In this document: positions 56,101 to 64,000 of the stretch, piece by piece | How the letters are laid out: each line of letters starts with the position of its first letter | Numbering within the stretch: position 1 is the stretch's first letter | Origin: Candidatus Fermentibacterota bacterium | Lineage (GTDB): Bacteria > Fermentibacterota > Fermentibacteria > Fermentibacterales > JCC-6 | NCBI GenBank assembly: GCA_030609965.1 | Contig: JAUWSQ010000002.1 | Location: forward strand, 1,395-65,394 | Direction: 5' to 3' | Length of the DNA stretch: 64,000 nt | Notes under the pieces: generated by a model | Databases searched by the model: none | The model's input: only the letters and a program-made list of their open reading frames with translations | What the model was told of the DNA's origin: nothing | Program-made: the position numbers and the translations under genes

Positions 56101-58701
56101 ACTGTACAGATATACGACCTTGAGATTGTGGGCAACAGGTGGGAAGAGTCAGGTGTATCCTGCGTTGACTCGATAAGTCCCACCCCTGTATCCCCCTTGG
56201 AAAAGATGTACGTTTCCACAGTCAACAATAAGGACAACCTGGAGTACGCAAACGATCCGCCTCCAGGTGTTGATCCGGGGGAGGATGAGTACGGAGACCC
56301 GCGGCTTGAACAGTCCATCTCCCTTGAGGCTGAGAACATAGACTACAGACATTACGGCCTGGCGACCCAGAGTTTCTACAGCGGGGAGGATTATACCGGA
56401 TACAGGCAGATAATGTTTCTCGTGCATGGAGAGGAACAGTACGATTCAGAGCTTATTTACAGACTGGGAACCGACAGCCTTAATTACTACGAGATAGGAG
56501 TCGGTATTGAGCCCGGCTGGCAGACGATAGAGGTAAGCCTCGATGACCTTGTTGATCTTAAGGCAACCATGGATGAATCGGAGCTCGAGTATATCAAGGA
56601 GGGGGGGCTGGCTGTGCGGGGTTCCCCTAATTTCGCCAGGATCATGGAGATGAGCCTTGGACTCCGTAACAATTCATTAGCTCCATTAAACACAACGGTA
56701 TGGGTTGATGATATCACACTGCATCAGCCCTGGAGCAATGTAGGGACAGCGCATCGAATAACCGCCGGTATCGATATAGCCGATCTTCTAATCCTGAACG
56801 GTGATTACAGGGAGATAGATTCCGATTTTCATGGCCTTGGAAGCAGATCCGGGCAGGGATATACGCACACCACCTATAACGCCGGTGCGACCATGTACCT
56901 GAACCGATTTACACCTCCGCTGTGGTCGCTGTACGCTCCTGCCAATTACTCATGGTCGCTGAATATCTCCAAACCTGTATTCCAATCCGGCTCTGACTAC
57001 CGCCTCAATGATACCGAATCCTGGAATGAGCGAAGTCAGACCAGGAACTGGAGTACCGGTTTTCAGCTGCGGAAGAACAGCAATGCCGAATCAATACTCG
57101 GAAGGTACTTCATAGATCCTTTCAGATTTATGCATACATATTCGCGAGGTTACGGTTTAACGCCTTCAACCCGGGATACTTCAACTACAGCCGAGGGCTC
57201 ACTTTCATATGATATCAGTCCCGGAAGGATGCAGCTGTTCAGTCTGCCTGTCATTGAATTCTTCAGAATAAGGCCTTCGAGGCTGAGCTGGTCTCTAATG
57301 AGAAGGAATAACTGGGAAACGAGATGGAGTTTTCTCAACGACGATACAGTGCAGACCAGAGCAACAATATTGAGTACACTCTCATCCACCGGGTCGATTA
57401 CATTCACACCCTGGAAGGGATTGTCCGCAAGTGGTTCTCTTGGACTTGTAAGAGATCTTCTGTTCCCATGGGAGGGGAACCTGGGTGTGAACGTCGGGCG
57501 GGAGATATCAAGGAATCAGACTATCAGTATCTCTCAGGATATCAATCTGTTCGACTATCTGAATCCCAGATTCTCATTTGATTCTCATTACGGGCAGTCC
57601 AGGCTTGCTCCCCATACTAGCTCAGGTGCAGATTCCCTGGGATTGCCAAGATTTTCGATTTCAGCCACCAGACGTGTTAATCTCAGAATAGGGCTTGTTC
57701 ATACAATAAGAAGCCTGGCAAGGCTGCGGGATGAAAGACTTGACGAAGAGGCTGAAACAGGGAGCCCCAGGTGGTTCCTGATTAAGCTTGAGCGCTGGGC
57801 AAACATGATCAATGACCCGACTATCACCTATTCTGAAACTGAAGGCAGTGAATACAGGGATATGGGATTCATTCCCGACTGGCGCTACCAGACCGGTCTC
57901 GATCCGGTACTCGATGATGAAATTCCGTGGGACAGGACAAAGGGATGGAACTTGCAGGTGTCCGGAGGCTTCAGGCCTGTGTCTACGATGTCAGTCAGAC
58001 TGGAGTACAGATCATCGGAGAATAAAAACCTCTATTCCGGATTCTGGAACAATCAGAGATCGAAGACCTGGCCCTCCATTTCCTTTTCATGGTCCGGATT
58101 GAACAGGCTGGCAGGATTGAGTAATTTCCTGAGAACTGGTTCAGCCAGTTCCGGATACAGCATCGAAACAAGTGAGAGCGGAAGATTCGAAAGTGATGTC
58201 TACACACCGACTACAGAGACGGTAAAGACAAACTGGACACCCCTGTTCAACATAAGCGTTACCCTTATGAACGATGTACAGATAACTCTCAGCGATAACG
58301 TTACCAGAACAGTAATGCAGAGCTTTACCGGAACTCAGGCAAAGACTGAAAGCAGCAACAGCAACATTCAGCTTAAAATACAATACTCGTTCAGCGCTCC
58401 CGGCGGTTTTGCCATACCGTTGCCGCTGCTTGACAGGCTTCGGATCAGTTTCCGGAGCGATCTCACAACAAGCCTCAGCGTAACCAGATCCAAAACCAGG
58501 AGTGAGCTTTTTGGAAGCGTAGTTGGCGCACAGCTGCAGACCGATCGGGAGGAATGGCGGATAGAACCTGCTCTGAATTACGATTTTGGTACTGTAACTG
58601 CCGGACTTACAGGTATTTTCGGCTGGAAAACCGATCGAGTCAACTCACAGTACGATCAGCGTGATGTCGGAATGAATATCTGGGTAACCATTAATTTCTA
58701 A
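53104..58701 (+). CDS. sprA: SprA-like giant outer-membrane protein (type IX secretion translocon family)
   Basis: It has a signal peptide. KVHVNVNHDSQRSF...YEDEIIQSIEMGDISLSI...LFGAKIVAQVGPVEFTTIASRESG runs parallel to my recall of Flavobacterium SprA (LEVNANYDTQSTF...DDIIQKVEVGNVSMPL...LFGVKTQLQFG). YIDDMEGTE matches YVDDFEGSQ, and TEDLNRNGVLD matches VEDINRDN. The barrel-like C-terminus ends in F. Confidence 0.65.
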   Translation: MKTRTSIVTFIILLIANVSAGAVGVRTPTLLPAYPWETEYASELLVDPGVSWKLVHSLRSSFLCWRLFYRSIPVSTSGCFPIDVLNYRSMEWTLRDTWTSTNSRNCLRTSRVEGSLIPTIYLPLDMPQILAGAIGEGGQIDISGYQKITLSGVTHYRPNAVETEGQSQSLFPDLKMEQELRVQLEGTIGSKVHVNVNHDSQRSFGPQSSISLRYEGYEDEIIQSIEMGDISLSITGPEFVSYSIPHEGLFGAKIVAQVGPVEFTTIASRESGSTESSEFVGQATLVEDSILDIHPADNYFFYTSPDSLIQPQIASIRVFQDDDDGTNNQETGAVEGAWFIEGTGETGPGYWDELQPGLDLDYVLVDSATTIHFNRPINNDYRIAIWMVTAAGDTIGNANPGSDWNLKLIKQIRPLPDYSTWNYELRNRYFLGANNIVQESFNCAIYLTRSGEDPIQTQDDTTFIKLLGLDTNGDGSLADEENAVDWDNGFLVFPQVRPFTDPVLDVTNPVVYEENNPLPVQSKYFIEVSYRAASTTYSLGRMGIIPGSENVTLTMAGSTRTLVKDIDYSIIYEIGLLTLMGEAAEDAQNPSNTVRVTFEYIPLFAAQKKTLIGTRAVYEIGTDSWVGATAMFESASTPGDRPRVGEDSTRTLGADIDAHFEAEPEFLTDFANLSPGINTEAPSNATISGEIAMSFPNPNVDGKAYIDDMEGTETSFPIGQGRISWHLSSIPDPGAFQEDPAGEIRWYNTYRRWKLEDIVPNISGRQEDNYVNNVLELYFQPSAGSSNSWGGIMRCMDKYGLDLSDKTYLRMYIRVTGSAANANICLDLGERIDEDSYWLERTAGELVRMANGVLDTEDLNLNGELSSDEDTGLDNFWDTEENPPEGGDPNLDNYHYDEDYHESVRYDSINGSQGNNELNTEDLNRNGVLDRSNSFFRINIPVDNPDYIVSGPNANGWMLIEIPLADTAIVSIPGFVTGTPTWEKISYARLWMDGFTSADTVQIYDLEIVGNRWEESGVSCVDSISPTPVSPLEKMYVSTVNNKDNLEYANDPPPGVDPGEDEYGDPRLEQSISLEAENIDYRHYGLATQSFYSGEDYTGYRQIMFLVHGEEQYDSELIYRLGTDSLNYYEIGVGIEPGWQTIEVSLDDLVDLKATMDESELEYIKEGGLAVRGSPNFARIMEMSLGLRNNSLAPLNTTVWVDDITLHQPWSNVGTAHRITAGIDIADLLILNGDYREIDSDFHGLGSRSGQGYTHTTYNAGATMYLNRFTPPLWSLYAPANYSWSLNISKPVFQSGSDYRLNDTESWNERSQTRNWSTGFQLRKNSNAESILGRYFIDPFRFMHTYSRGYGLTPSTRDTSTTAEGSLSYDISPGRMQLFSLPVIEFFRIRPSRLSWSLMRRNNWETRWSFLNDDTVQTRATILSTLSSTGSITFTPWKGLSASGSLGLVRDLLFPWEGNLGVNVGREISRNQTISISQDINLFDYLNPRFSFDSHYGQSRLAPHTSSGADSLGLPRFSISATRRVNLRIGLVHTIRSLARLRDERLDEEAETGSPRWFLIKLERWANMINDPTITYSETEGSEYRDMGFIPDWRYQTGLDPVLDDEIPWDRTKGWNLQVSGGFRPVSTMSVRLEYRSSENKNLYSGFWNNQRSKTWPSISFSWSGLNRLAGLSNFLRTGSASSGYSIETSESGRFESDVYTPTTETVKTNWTPLFNISVTLMNDVQITLSDNVTRTVMQSFTGTQAKTESSNSNIQLKIQYSFSAPGGFAIPLPLLDRLRISFRSDLTTSLSVTRSKTRSELFGSVVGAQLQTDREEWRIEPALNYDFGTVTAGLTGIFGWKTDRVNSQYDQRDVGMNIWVTINF

Positions 58702-58881
58702 TATCGGAATCGCTGCATTTCCAATTGACAACAACTGCTCATTTACATCATTCATATAAATGCTCATTATTGCTCTAATGAAACATTACTTACATGGTAG
58801 GAATGTACGAGATAACCTGAGCTGGTATATTGCATGAGTGTTGCGCGTTAACTTGGTGTATAAGTTGATTTTGGAGGCTTG

Positions 58882-60672
58882 ATGAGCATAAAGATAGGTC
58901 AACTTCTTCTGAATTCAGGGATCATAACGAAAAATCAGCTTGAAAAGGCACTCAACGGACAGAATCAAGATGGAAGCAGGCTCGGATACCATCTTGTGAA
59001 TATTAAAGCCATTTCGGAAGAAGATCTGAATAAATTTCTGGCAAGACAGCAGAGCATCGAGAGTTCAAATCTAAATACAGCGGAAATCGATGAAGATACA
59101 ATTCATCTCATATCAGGCGATATAGCGCGAAGGTATGAAGTTGTCCCCATCAGAAGAGAAGGCAGAAAACTCATTGTTGCCATGACCGATCCCAACAATC
59201 TCTTTGCAATTGATGACCTGAGATTTTCATTGGGAATGGATATAGAACCCCATATATGCGCTTCCAGTATGATCAAAAAAGCCCTGACGAAATATTATCC
59301 GGATTCAGAAGCAATCGTTCCCATCGATGAAAACGGACAGGTCAGCAAGCCCAATACTATTAACGAAGCCCTTGCCGATATCGATACCGAAGGCATTGTC
59401 GAAGATTCCGAAATGCTTATGGGTGACGAAGTCTTTGAATCCATGATAATCCAGGATGATGAAGAAGAAGAAATCGAAGATGAAGATCTTGATTATAGTA
59501 TTTCGGATTCTCCTGTAGTCAAGCTGGTGAACAGCCTTATTGCGGATGCGGTAAGGAGGGGAGCAAGTGATATTCATTTTGAGCCCTTCGAGAGGTATGT
59601 CAGGGTCCGATTCAGAATAGATGGTGTTCTTCACGAGGTTATGCGCCCAAGCCGAAAATACAGGGCATCCATGGTCAGCCGGCTTAAAATTATTGGTGGA
59701 ATGGATATCGCTGATCACAATCTTCCGCAGGACGGCAGGCAGAAGATACTTGTCGGTGACAGGTTTGTTGATCTGAGGCTTGCGACTCTGCCTACGCTTT
59801 TCGGTGAAAAGGTTGAAGTCAGGCTGCTGGACCGCAGTGCCGTTATCCTTGACCTTGATAAGCTTGGATTCGAAGATGAACCTCTCAAAGAATTCAGAAG
59901 AGGCATCCACAGACCTTTTGGGATTGTACTGGTTACAGGACCCACCGGCTGCGGTAAAACAACCACGCTGTATTCGGCCCTTACGGAGCTTAACGACATA
60001 GGTGTAAACATAATGACTGCTGAAAACCCTGTAGAATTCAATCTGAAGGGTGTCAACCAGGTTCAGATGAATTCCGATGTCGGATTGACCTTCGCCAATG
60101 CACTAAGGGCTTACCTTCGCCAGGATCCGGACATTATCATGGTCGGGGAAATTCGCGACAAGGAAACCAGTGAGATTGCAATAAGAGCTGCCCTTACAGG
60201 GCACCTGGTGCTTTCAACTACACATACGAACGATGCTCCCAGCACTATTAACAGGCTTATTGACATGGGAACCGAACCCTTCATGCTTAGCACATCGATT
60301 GTATGTATCGCCTCCCAGAGGCTTATCAGGAAGATTTGCCCCAAATGCAAGACTCCGATCCATGTTCCGGAAGATGCCTTCATTGATGCTGGAATTGATC
60401 CTGAACGTTTCAAGAATGTTGAGCTTTATGAAGGCACCGGCTGCTCATATTGCAATAAAACAGGTTACAAAGGTAGAATGGGTATTTTCGAAGTCATGCG
60501 TGTTGACGAAGATATAAGGATGCTGATAGAGGGGGATGCTAACAGTTTAGAGATCGAAAAAGCGGCGATAGAGAAGGGTATGGTGAATCTGAGGGAATCA
60601 GCCATCAGGAAGCTGGAAGCCGGACTTACTACTTTCGATGAGGTTCTGCGGGAAACAATCTCGAACGAGTAA
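58882..60672 (+). CDS. pilB: GspE/PilB-family secretion ATPase with an N-terminal tandem MshEN-type motif
   Basis: Walker A is GPTGCGKTTT. Asp/His boxes and the tetra-Cys motif (CPKC...CSYC) are present. The N-terminus reads KIGQLLLNSGIITKNQLEKALNGQ-NQDGS-RLGYHLVNIKAISEEDLNKFLARQ. GGAGG lies 4 nt upstream of ATG 58882. Confidence 0.85.
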   Translation: MSIKIGQLLLNSGIITKNQLEKALNGQNQDGSRLGYHLVNIKAISEEDLNKFLARQQSIESSNLNTAEIDEDTIHLISGDIARRYEVVPIRREGRKLIVAMTDPNNLFAIDDLRFSLGMDIEPHICASSMIKKALTKYYPDSEAIVPIDENGQVSKPNTINEALADIDTEGIVEDSEMLMGDEVFESMIIQDDEEEEIEDEDLDYSISDSPVVKLVNSLIADAVRRGASDIHFEPFERYVRVRFRIDGVLHEVMRPSRKYRASMVSRLKIIGGMDIADHNLPQDGRQKILVGDRFVDLRLATLPTLFGEKVEVRLLDRSAVILDLDKLGFEDEPLKEFRRGIHRPFGIVLVTGPTGCGKTTTLYSALTELNDIGVNIMTAENPVEFNLKGVNQVQMNSDVGLTFANALRAYLRQDPDIIMVGEIRDKETSEIAIRAALTGHLVLSTTHTNDAPSTINRLIDMGTEPFMLSTSIVCIASQRLIRKICPKCKTPIHVPEDAFIDAGIDPERFKNVELYEGTGCSYCNKTGYKGRMGIFEVMRVDEDIRMLIEGDANSLEIEKAAIEKGMVNLRESAIRKLEAGLTTFDEVLRETISNE

Positions 60673-60684
60673 CGGAGGGTATTT

Positions 60685-62496
60685 TTGCTCAGCAGACTTG
60701 GTATGATGCTTCTGGAATCCGGATTGGTTTCAAGTGATGAAATCAACCAGATAGTGAGCGAGTATGGGCCTGGCGAGATCGAACTTGCCGATCAGCTGGT
60801 GTCAATGGGCATTGTACCTGAAGACCTTATCACCGAATATCTGTCCGAGATATATTCTGTTAAACCCGTATTTCTCAATGAAATGGAACTCGACCCGGTT
60901 CTTGCGGAATCAATACCGGATGAGACTGCCAGGAGATACCTCCTGGCTCCTTTTAAAGAGGAAAAGGATTACTTGCATATCGGTATGGGGTCTCCGGGTG
61001 ATCTTTATGCGATCGATGATGTGAAATTCGCAGTTGGAAAAGAAGTCATTGTCTATGCTTCAGCTCCCTCGGCAGTAAGAAGAGCTCTGAACGACCTTTA
61101 CGGCAAGCAGGACGCTCTTGTATCGGTAAAAGATCAGCTGGATGATTACGAGGAAGATCTCGATGATCTGGAGATAGTCCAGACTCTTGGATATGAGGAT
61201 GAAGAGGAAGAGGAGATAGACGAGAAGGATCTGGAGGATGAATACGCGAATCTCTCCGAAGGCCCGATCGTGGCATTTGTAAACTCGATCATTGCCAAAG
61301 CTGTTCTTACCGAAGTCAGCGATATTCATATAGAGCCCTACGAGAAGTACCTCAGGATAAGATACAGGCGTGACGGCAAATGTTTCGTAGTCAGAAAACT
61401 TCCCAAGAAAGTGCAGCCTCAGATATTAAGCAGACTTAAGATAATGGCCGGTATGAATATAGCAGAGAGAAGAAAAACGCAGGATGGACGAATCAAAGCC
61501 ACAATTGATTCAAGATCGATTGATTTCCGTGTAAGCGCGGTGCCGACCATCAACGGAGAGAAAATCGTTCTGCGTATCCTTGACAGAGGAAGCCTGGAGC
61601 TTGATCTCCGGGAACTGGGTTTCCCCGAGGATGCGCTTAAGGTCTTTCTGCAGGGGGTCAGCTCTCCATACGGTATCGTTCTGGTAACGGGTCCTACGGG
61701 AAGCGGTAAGACAACAACTCTATATTCTGCTCTCAGTTCACTGAATACGGAAAATGTGAACATCCATACGGCTGAAGAACCGGTGGAGTACAATATAGAA
61801 GGATTATCCCAGTCTCAGATAGATTTCAGTAAGGGATACGATTTCGCCACGGCTCTCAGAGCAATTCTTCGGCAGGACCCGAACATTATCATGGTGGGCG
61901 AGATAAGAGATTTCGAAACTGCCAGCATAGCGATAAAAGCAGCACTTACAGGACACCTTGTTTTTTCCACGATACATACGAATGATGCTCCCAGTACTGT
62001 GAACAGGCTGATCGATATAGGTATCAAACCATTTCTCGTAGCATCGGCAGTTAGAACGATCATGGCTCAGAGACTTGTCAGAAAGATCTGTAAATATTGC
62101 AAGACACCCCATACTTACTCGGATGATGAATACAGAGCAGCAGGTGTTGATCCCGCTGAAATGGTTGGCCATACAACATATAAGGGGAAAGGATGCAGTA
62201 AATGCAGCGGTTCCGGTTACAAGGGAAGAACAGGTCTTTACGAAGTGCTTGCAATTGATAAGAATATAAAACAGTCTATTATTGAAAAAGTAACCGCAGG
62301 GAGGTTACGGGTGATGGCTGTTCAAGGTGGAATGAGAACACTTAGAATGGATGCTGTTGCCAAACTGAAGGCGGGAGTTACGACACTTGAGGAAGTTACA
62401 AGGGGTACCGCTGAAGATGATCAGGAAATACTGACTGCTGTAGAGGAATTGAAGAGCAGAGCTGCTCGACAGACAGAGGAAGGACATTCGGCTTGA
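60685..62496 (+). CDS. Second GspE/PilB-family secretion ATPase (paralogue, partly degenerate N-terminal motif)
   Basis: Walker A is GPTGSGKTTT and the tetra-Cys motif is CKYC...CSKC. The TTG start lies 5 nt after GGAGGG. The N-terminus reads RLGMMLLESGLVSSDEINQIVSEY-GPGEI-ELADQLVSMGIVPEDLITEYLSEI. Confidence 0.8.
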   Translation: MLSRLGMMLLESGLVSSDEINQIVSEYGPGEIELADQLVSMGIVPEDLITEYLSEIYSVKPVFLNEMELDPVLAESIPDETARRYLLAPFKEEKDYLHIGMGSPGDLYAIDDVKFAVGKEVIVYASAPSAVRRALNDLYGKQDALVSVKDQLDDYEEDLDDLEIVQTLGYEDEEEEEIDEKDLEDEYANLSEGPIVAFVNSIIAKAVLTEVSDIHIEPYEKYLRIRYRRDGKCFVVRKLPKKVQPQILSRLKIMAGMNIAERRKTQDGRIKATIDSRSIDFRVSAVPTINGEKIVLRILDRGSLELDLRELGFPEDALKVFLQGVSSPYGIVLVTGPTGSGKTTTLYSALSSLNTENVNIHTAEEPVEYNIEGLSQSQIDFSKGYDFATALRAILRQDPNIIMVGEIRDFETASIAIKAALTGHLVFSTIHTNDAPSTVNRLIDIGIKPFLVASAVRTIMAQRLVRKICKYCKTPHTYSDDEYRAAGVDPAEMVGHTTYKGKGCSKCSGSGYKGRTGLYEVLAIDKNIKQSIIEKVTAGRLRVMAVQGGMRTLRMDAVAKLKAGVTTLEEVTRGTAEDDQEILTAVEELKSRAARQTEEGHSA

Positions 62497-62497
62497 T

Positions 62498-63568
62498 ATG
62501 ATTATTAAAACTCTTTTGAAGGACATGATGGAAAGAAGGGCTACCGACCTTCATCTTACAGTCGGAACCCCTCCCGTTATCAGGATAGATGGCGAGCTGG
62601 AAAGGATGGAGTACGATCCACTGACAGCCCAGGATACACAGAATCTTGTTTACAGCCTTATCAAGGATGAGCAGAAGAAGAGGTTTGAGCTTGAGAAGGA
62701 GCTTGATTTCGCGTTCGGGATCAAAGGTCTTTCAAGATTCAGAGCCAACGTCTTCTTCCAGAGGGGCTGCGTAGCCTGTGCCATCAGGTCCATTCCCCAC
62801 GAGATCCTTTCTTTCGAAGAACTCGGACTCCCGAGTGTTGTGGAGACTTTCTCAGAAAGACGTCAGGGTCTGATTCTTGTTACGGGGCCGACAGGATGCG
62901 GAAAATCAACTACGCTCGCATCAATACTCCGGAAGATAAACGCCACAAGGCATTGTCACATCATAACCATTGAGGATCCCATTGAATACGTGCATCATCA
63001 TGATAAGGGTATCGTTAATCAGAGGGAGATAGGGCAGGATACCAAGTCCTACAGCAATTCTCTGAAATACGTTCTGAGACAGGATCCGGATGTAGTTCTG
63101 ATCGGTGAGATGAGGGACAGGGAAACTATGCAGGTAGCCCTGAATATCGCCGAGACAGGCCACCTTACACTGGCCACACTGCACACAAACTCGACTTACG
63201 AATCTATCAACAGAATCATCGACTCGTTTCCCGCGGCAAGCCAGGATCAGGTCAGGAGTCAACTGTCATTTGTTATAATAGGCATACTTACGCAGCAGCT
63301 TGTACCGAAAGCCCGAGGAACAGGCAGGTCGCTGTCTGCGGAGATACTCGTATGTAATCCGGCAGTAAAAGCAACTATCCGGCAGGATAAACTTCACCAG
63401 ATCTACGGGCTTATGCAGGCCGGTCACAAGTATGGTATGCAAACGATGAATCAATCCCTCTTTAGCCTTTACACGAATAAGGTAATAACCAGAGAGGTTG
63501 CTCTGGAACGATCCCACAATGTGGGGGAACTGGAACAGATGGTAGCAACTGGAAGAGAAATCATCTAG
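62498..63568 (+). CDS. pilT: Type IV pilus retraction ATPase PilT
   Basis: A 356-aa protein with DLHLTVGTPPVIRIDGEL, Walker A GPTGCGKSTT, LRQDPDVVLIGEMRD and ETGHLTLATLHTNS. Confidence 0.88.
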   Translation: MIIKTLLKDMMERRATDLHLTVGTPPVIRIDGELERMEYDPLTAQDTQNLVYSLIKDEQKKRFELEKELDFAFGIKGLSRFRANVFFQRGCVACAIRSIPHEILSFEELGLPSVVETFSERRQGLILVTGPTGCGKSTTLASILRKINATRHCHIITIEDPIEYVHHHDKGIVNQREIGQDTKSYSNSLKYVLRQDPDVVLIGEMRDRETMQVALNIAETGHLTLATLHTNSTYESINRIIDSFPAASQDQVRSQLSFVIIGILTQQLVPKARGTGRSLSAEILVCNPAVKATIRQDKLHQIYGLMQAGHKYGMQTMNQSLFSLYTNKVITREVALERSHNVGELEQMVATGREII

Positions 63569-63747
63569 AGGAGTGTGTCTGACAATGTACATTGAGCAGA
63601 ATATTCTCACAGCTGAGATAGAATGCTCGTAGATTTGAGGAGAATACTGGATGTATTTGACGATAATGTGCGAGTATTATAGCCAGCTGTGTGGGTTTTA
63701 TGCCAATGTTTCATTGTTAGTCAGGCTCCTGAGAATAGGAGGCGGAA

Positions 63748-64000
63748 ATGCCTGAGTTCAGATGGGAAGGAACAAACAGGGCCGGCAGAAAAATGTCGGG
63801 CAAGATTTCTGCCGCAAAAAAGGCAGAAGCGGAAGCCATCCTCACGCAGAGGGGGGTGATTGTATCCAAGATCAAGGGGAAATCGTTCGATATAGCCACC
63901 TTTGGTGTAATAGGGTCAGGTGTTAAGGACAAGGAACTTTCGACATTTACGCGGCAGTTCGCTGTTATGATCGACGCGGGACTTCCCCTTGTCAAATGTC
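63748..64000 (+). CDS. pilC: Type IV pilus / T2SS platform protein (PilC/GspF family), N-terminal fragment running off the window
   Basis: AGGAGG precedes ATG 63748. MPEFRWEGTNRAGRKMSGKISAAKKAEAEAILTQRGVIVSKI...ELSTFTRQFAVMIDAGLPL is a typical PilC N-terminus. It is missing from the supplied ORF track because it has no stop within the window. Confidence 0.75.
   Translation, partial: MPEFRWEGTNRAGRKMSGKISAAKKAEAEAILTQRGVIVSKIKGKSFDIATFGVIGSGVKDKELSTFTRQFAVMIDAGLPLVKC

Noticed and set aside
58702-58881. A possible sigma-54 promoter (tggtatattgca at about 58824) or a TTGACA -35 box (58725) upstream of pilB.
   Set aside because: The GG-to-GC spacing is too short for a -24/-12 element. No acceptable -10 hexamer lies 16-18 nt from the TTGACA. 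I cannot support a promoter call from sequence alone.
59305-59910. A 201-aa minus-strand ORF inside pilB. Similar long antisense ORFs lie at 29987-30601 (clpC), 53431-53985 (sprA) and 16940-17506.
   Set aside because: All lie opposite confidently identified genes and show no domain signatures, so I treat them as non-coding shadow frames.
1-64000. A scan for tRNA, rRNA or tmRNA genes, toxin-antitoxin pairs, restriction-modification, retron/DGR reverse transcriptases and other defence genes.
   Set aside because: No intergenic region is long enough or shows tRNA-like T-arm/acceptor features. No ORF carries recognisable nuclease/methylase, reverse transcriptase or small paired toxin/antitoxin signatures.

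Overview
This 64-kb window looks like a chromosomal segment from a diderm bacterium. I found no rRNA, tRNA or CRISPR array, and no recognisable defence island or prophage. Gene content hints at the Fibrobacteres-Chlorobi-Bacteroidetes superphylum (an inference): an LpxC-FabZ fusion, a SprA-like type IX secretion translocon and a DUF5683-like protein. Most genes are tightly packed housekeeping or envelope genes, often with ATGA-type start/stop overlaps. In order they are recJ (frame broken), dinG, aroE, a HydE-like radical SAM gene, glyA, prfB (with its programmed +1 frameshift), lysS, lolCD, clpC, bamA-skp-lpxD-lpxC/fabZ-lpxA, an ECF sigma/anti-sigma pair, a GH57 glucanotransferase, ligA, serC and lptFG. 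Seven things seem worth a second look. (1) A six-gene pilin-like locus (12.1-19.9 kb) encodes unusually large proteins with prepilin-type N-termini. (2) A RAYT-type HUH transposase is bracketed by perfect 56-bp inverted repeats built from about 36-nt units, and these units also supply the 3' ends of two genes. (3) A 43-nt perfect palindrome occurs twice with its loop flipped. It brackets a hypothetical gene and gives ligA and that gene the same C-terminal hexapeptide. (4) A tandem pair of PilB-like ATPases sits with pilT and pilC, and the first carries a complete tandem MshEN-type c-di-GMP motif. (5) An ATGA-coupled operon pairs a canonical HD-GYP phosphodiesterase with a degenerate one. (6) An EIIA(Ntr)/PII-like fusion gene lies 4 nt downstream of a CPA2 antiporter gene. 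(7) A 183-nt imperfect hairpin pairs the stop codon of one gene with the start codon of aroE. Everything here comes from reading the sequence and from recalled family signatures; no searches were run. I cannot show that any of these is a truly new system, and the pilin-like locus is the best candidate.
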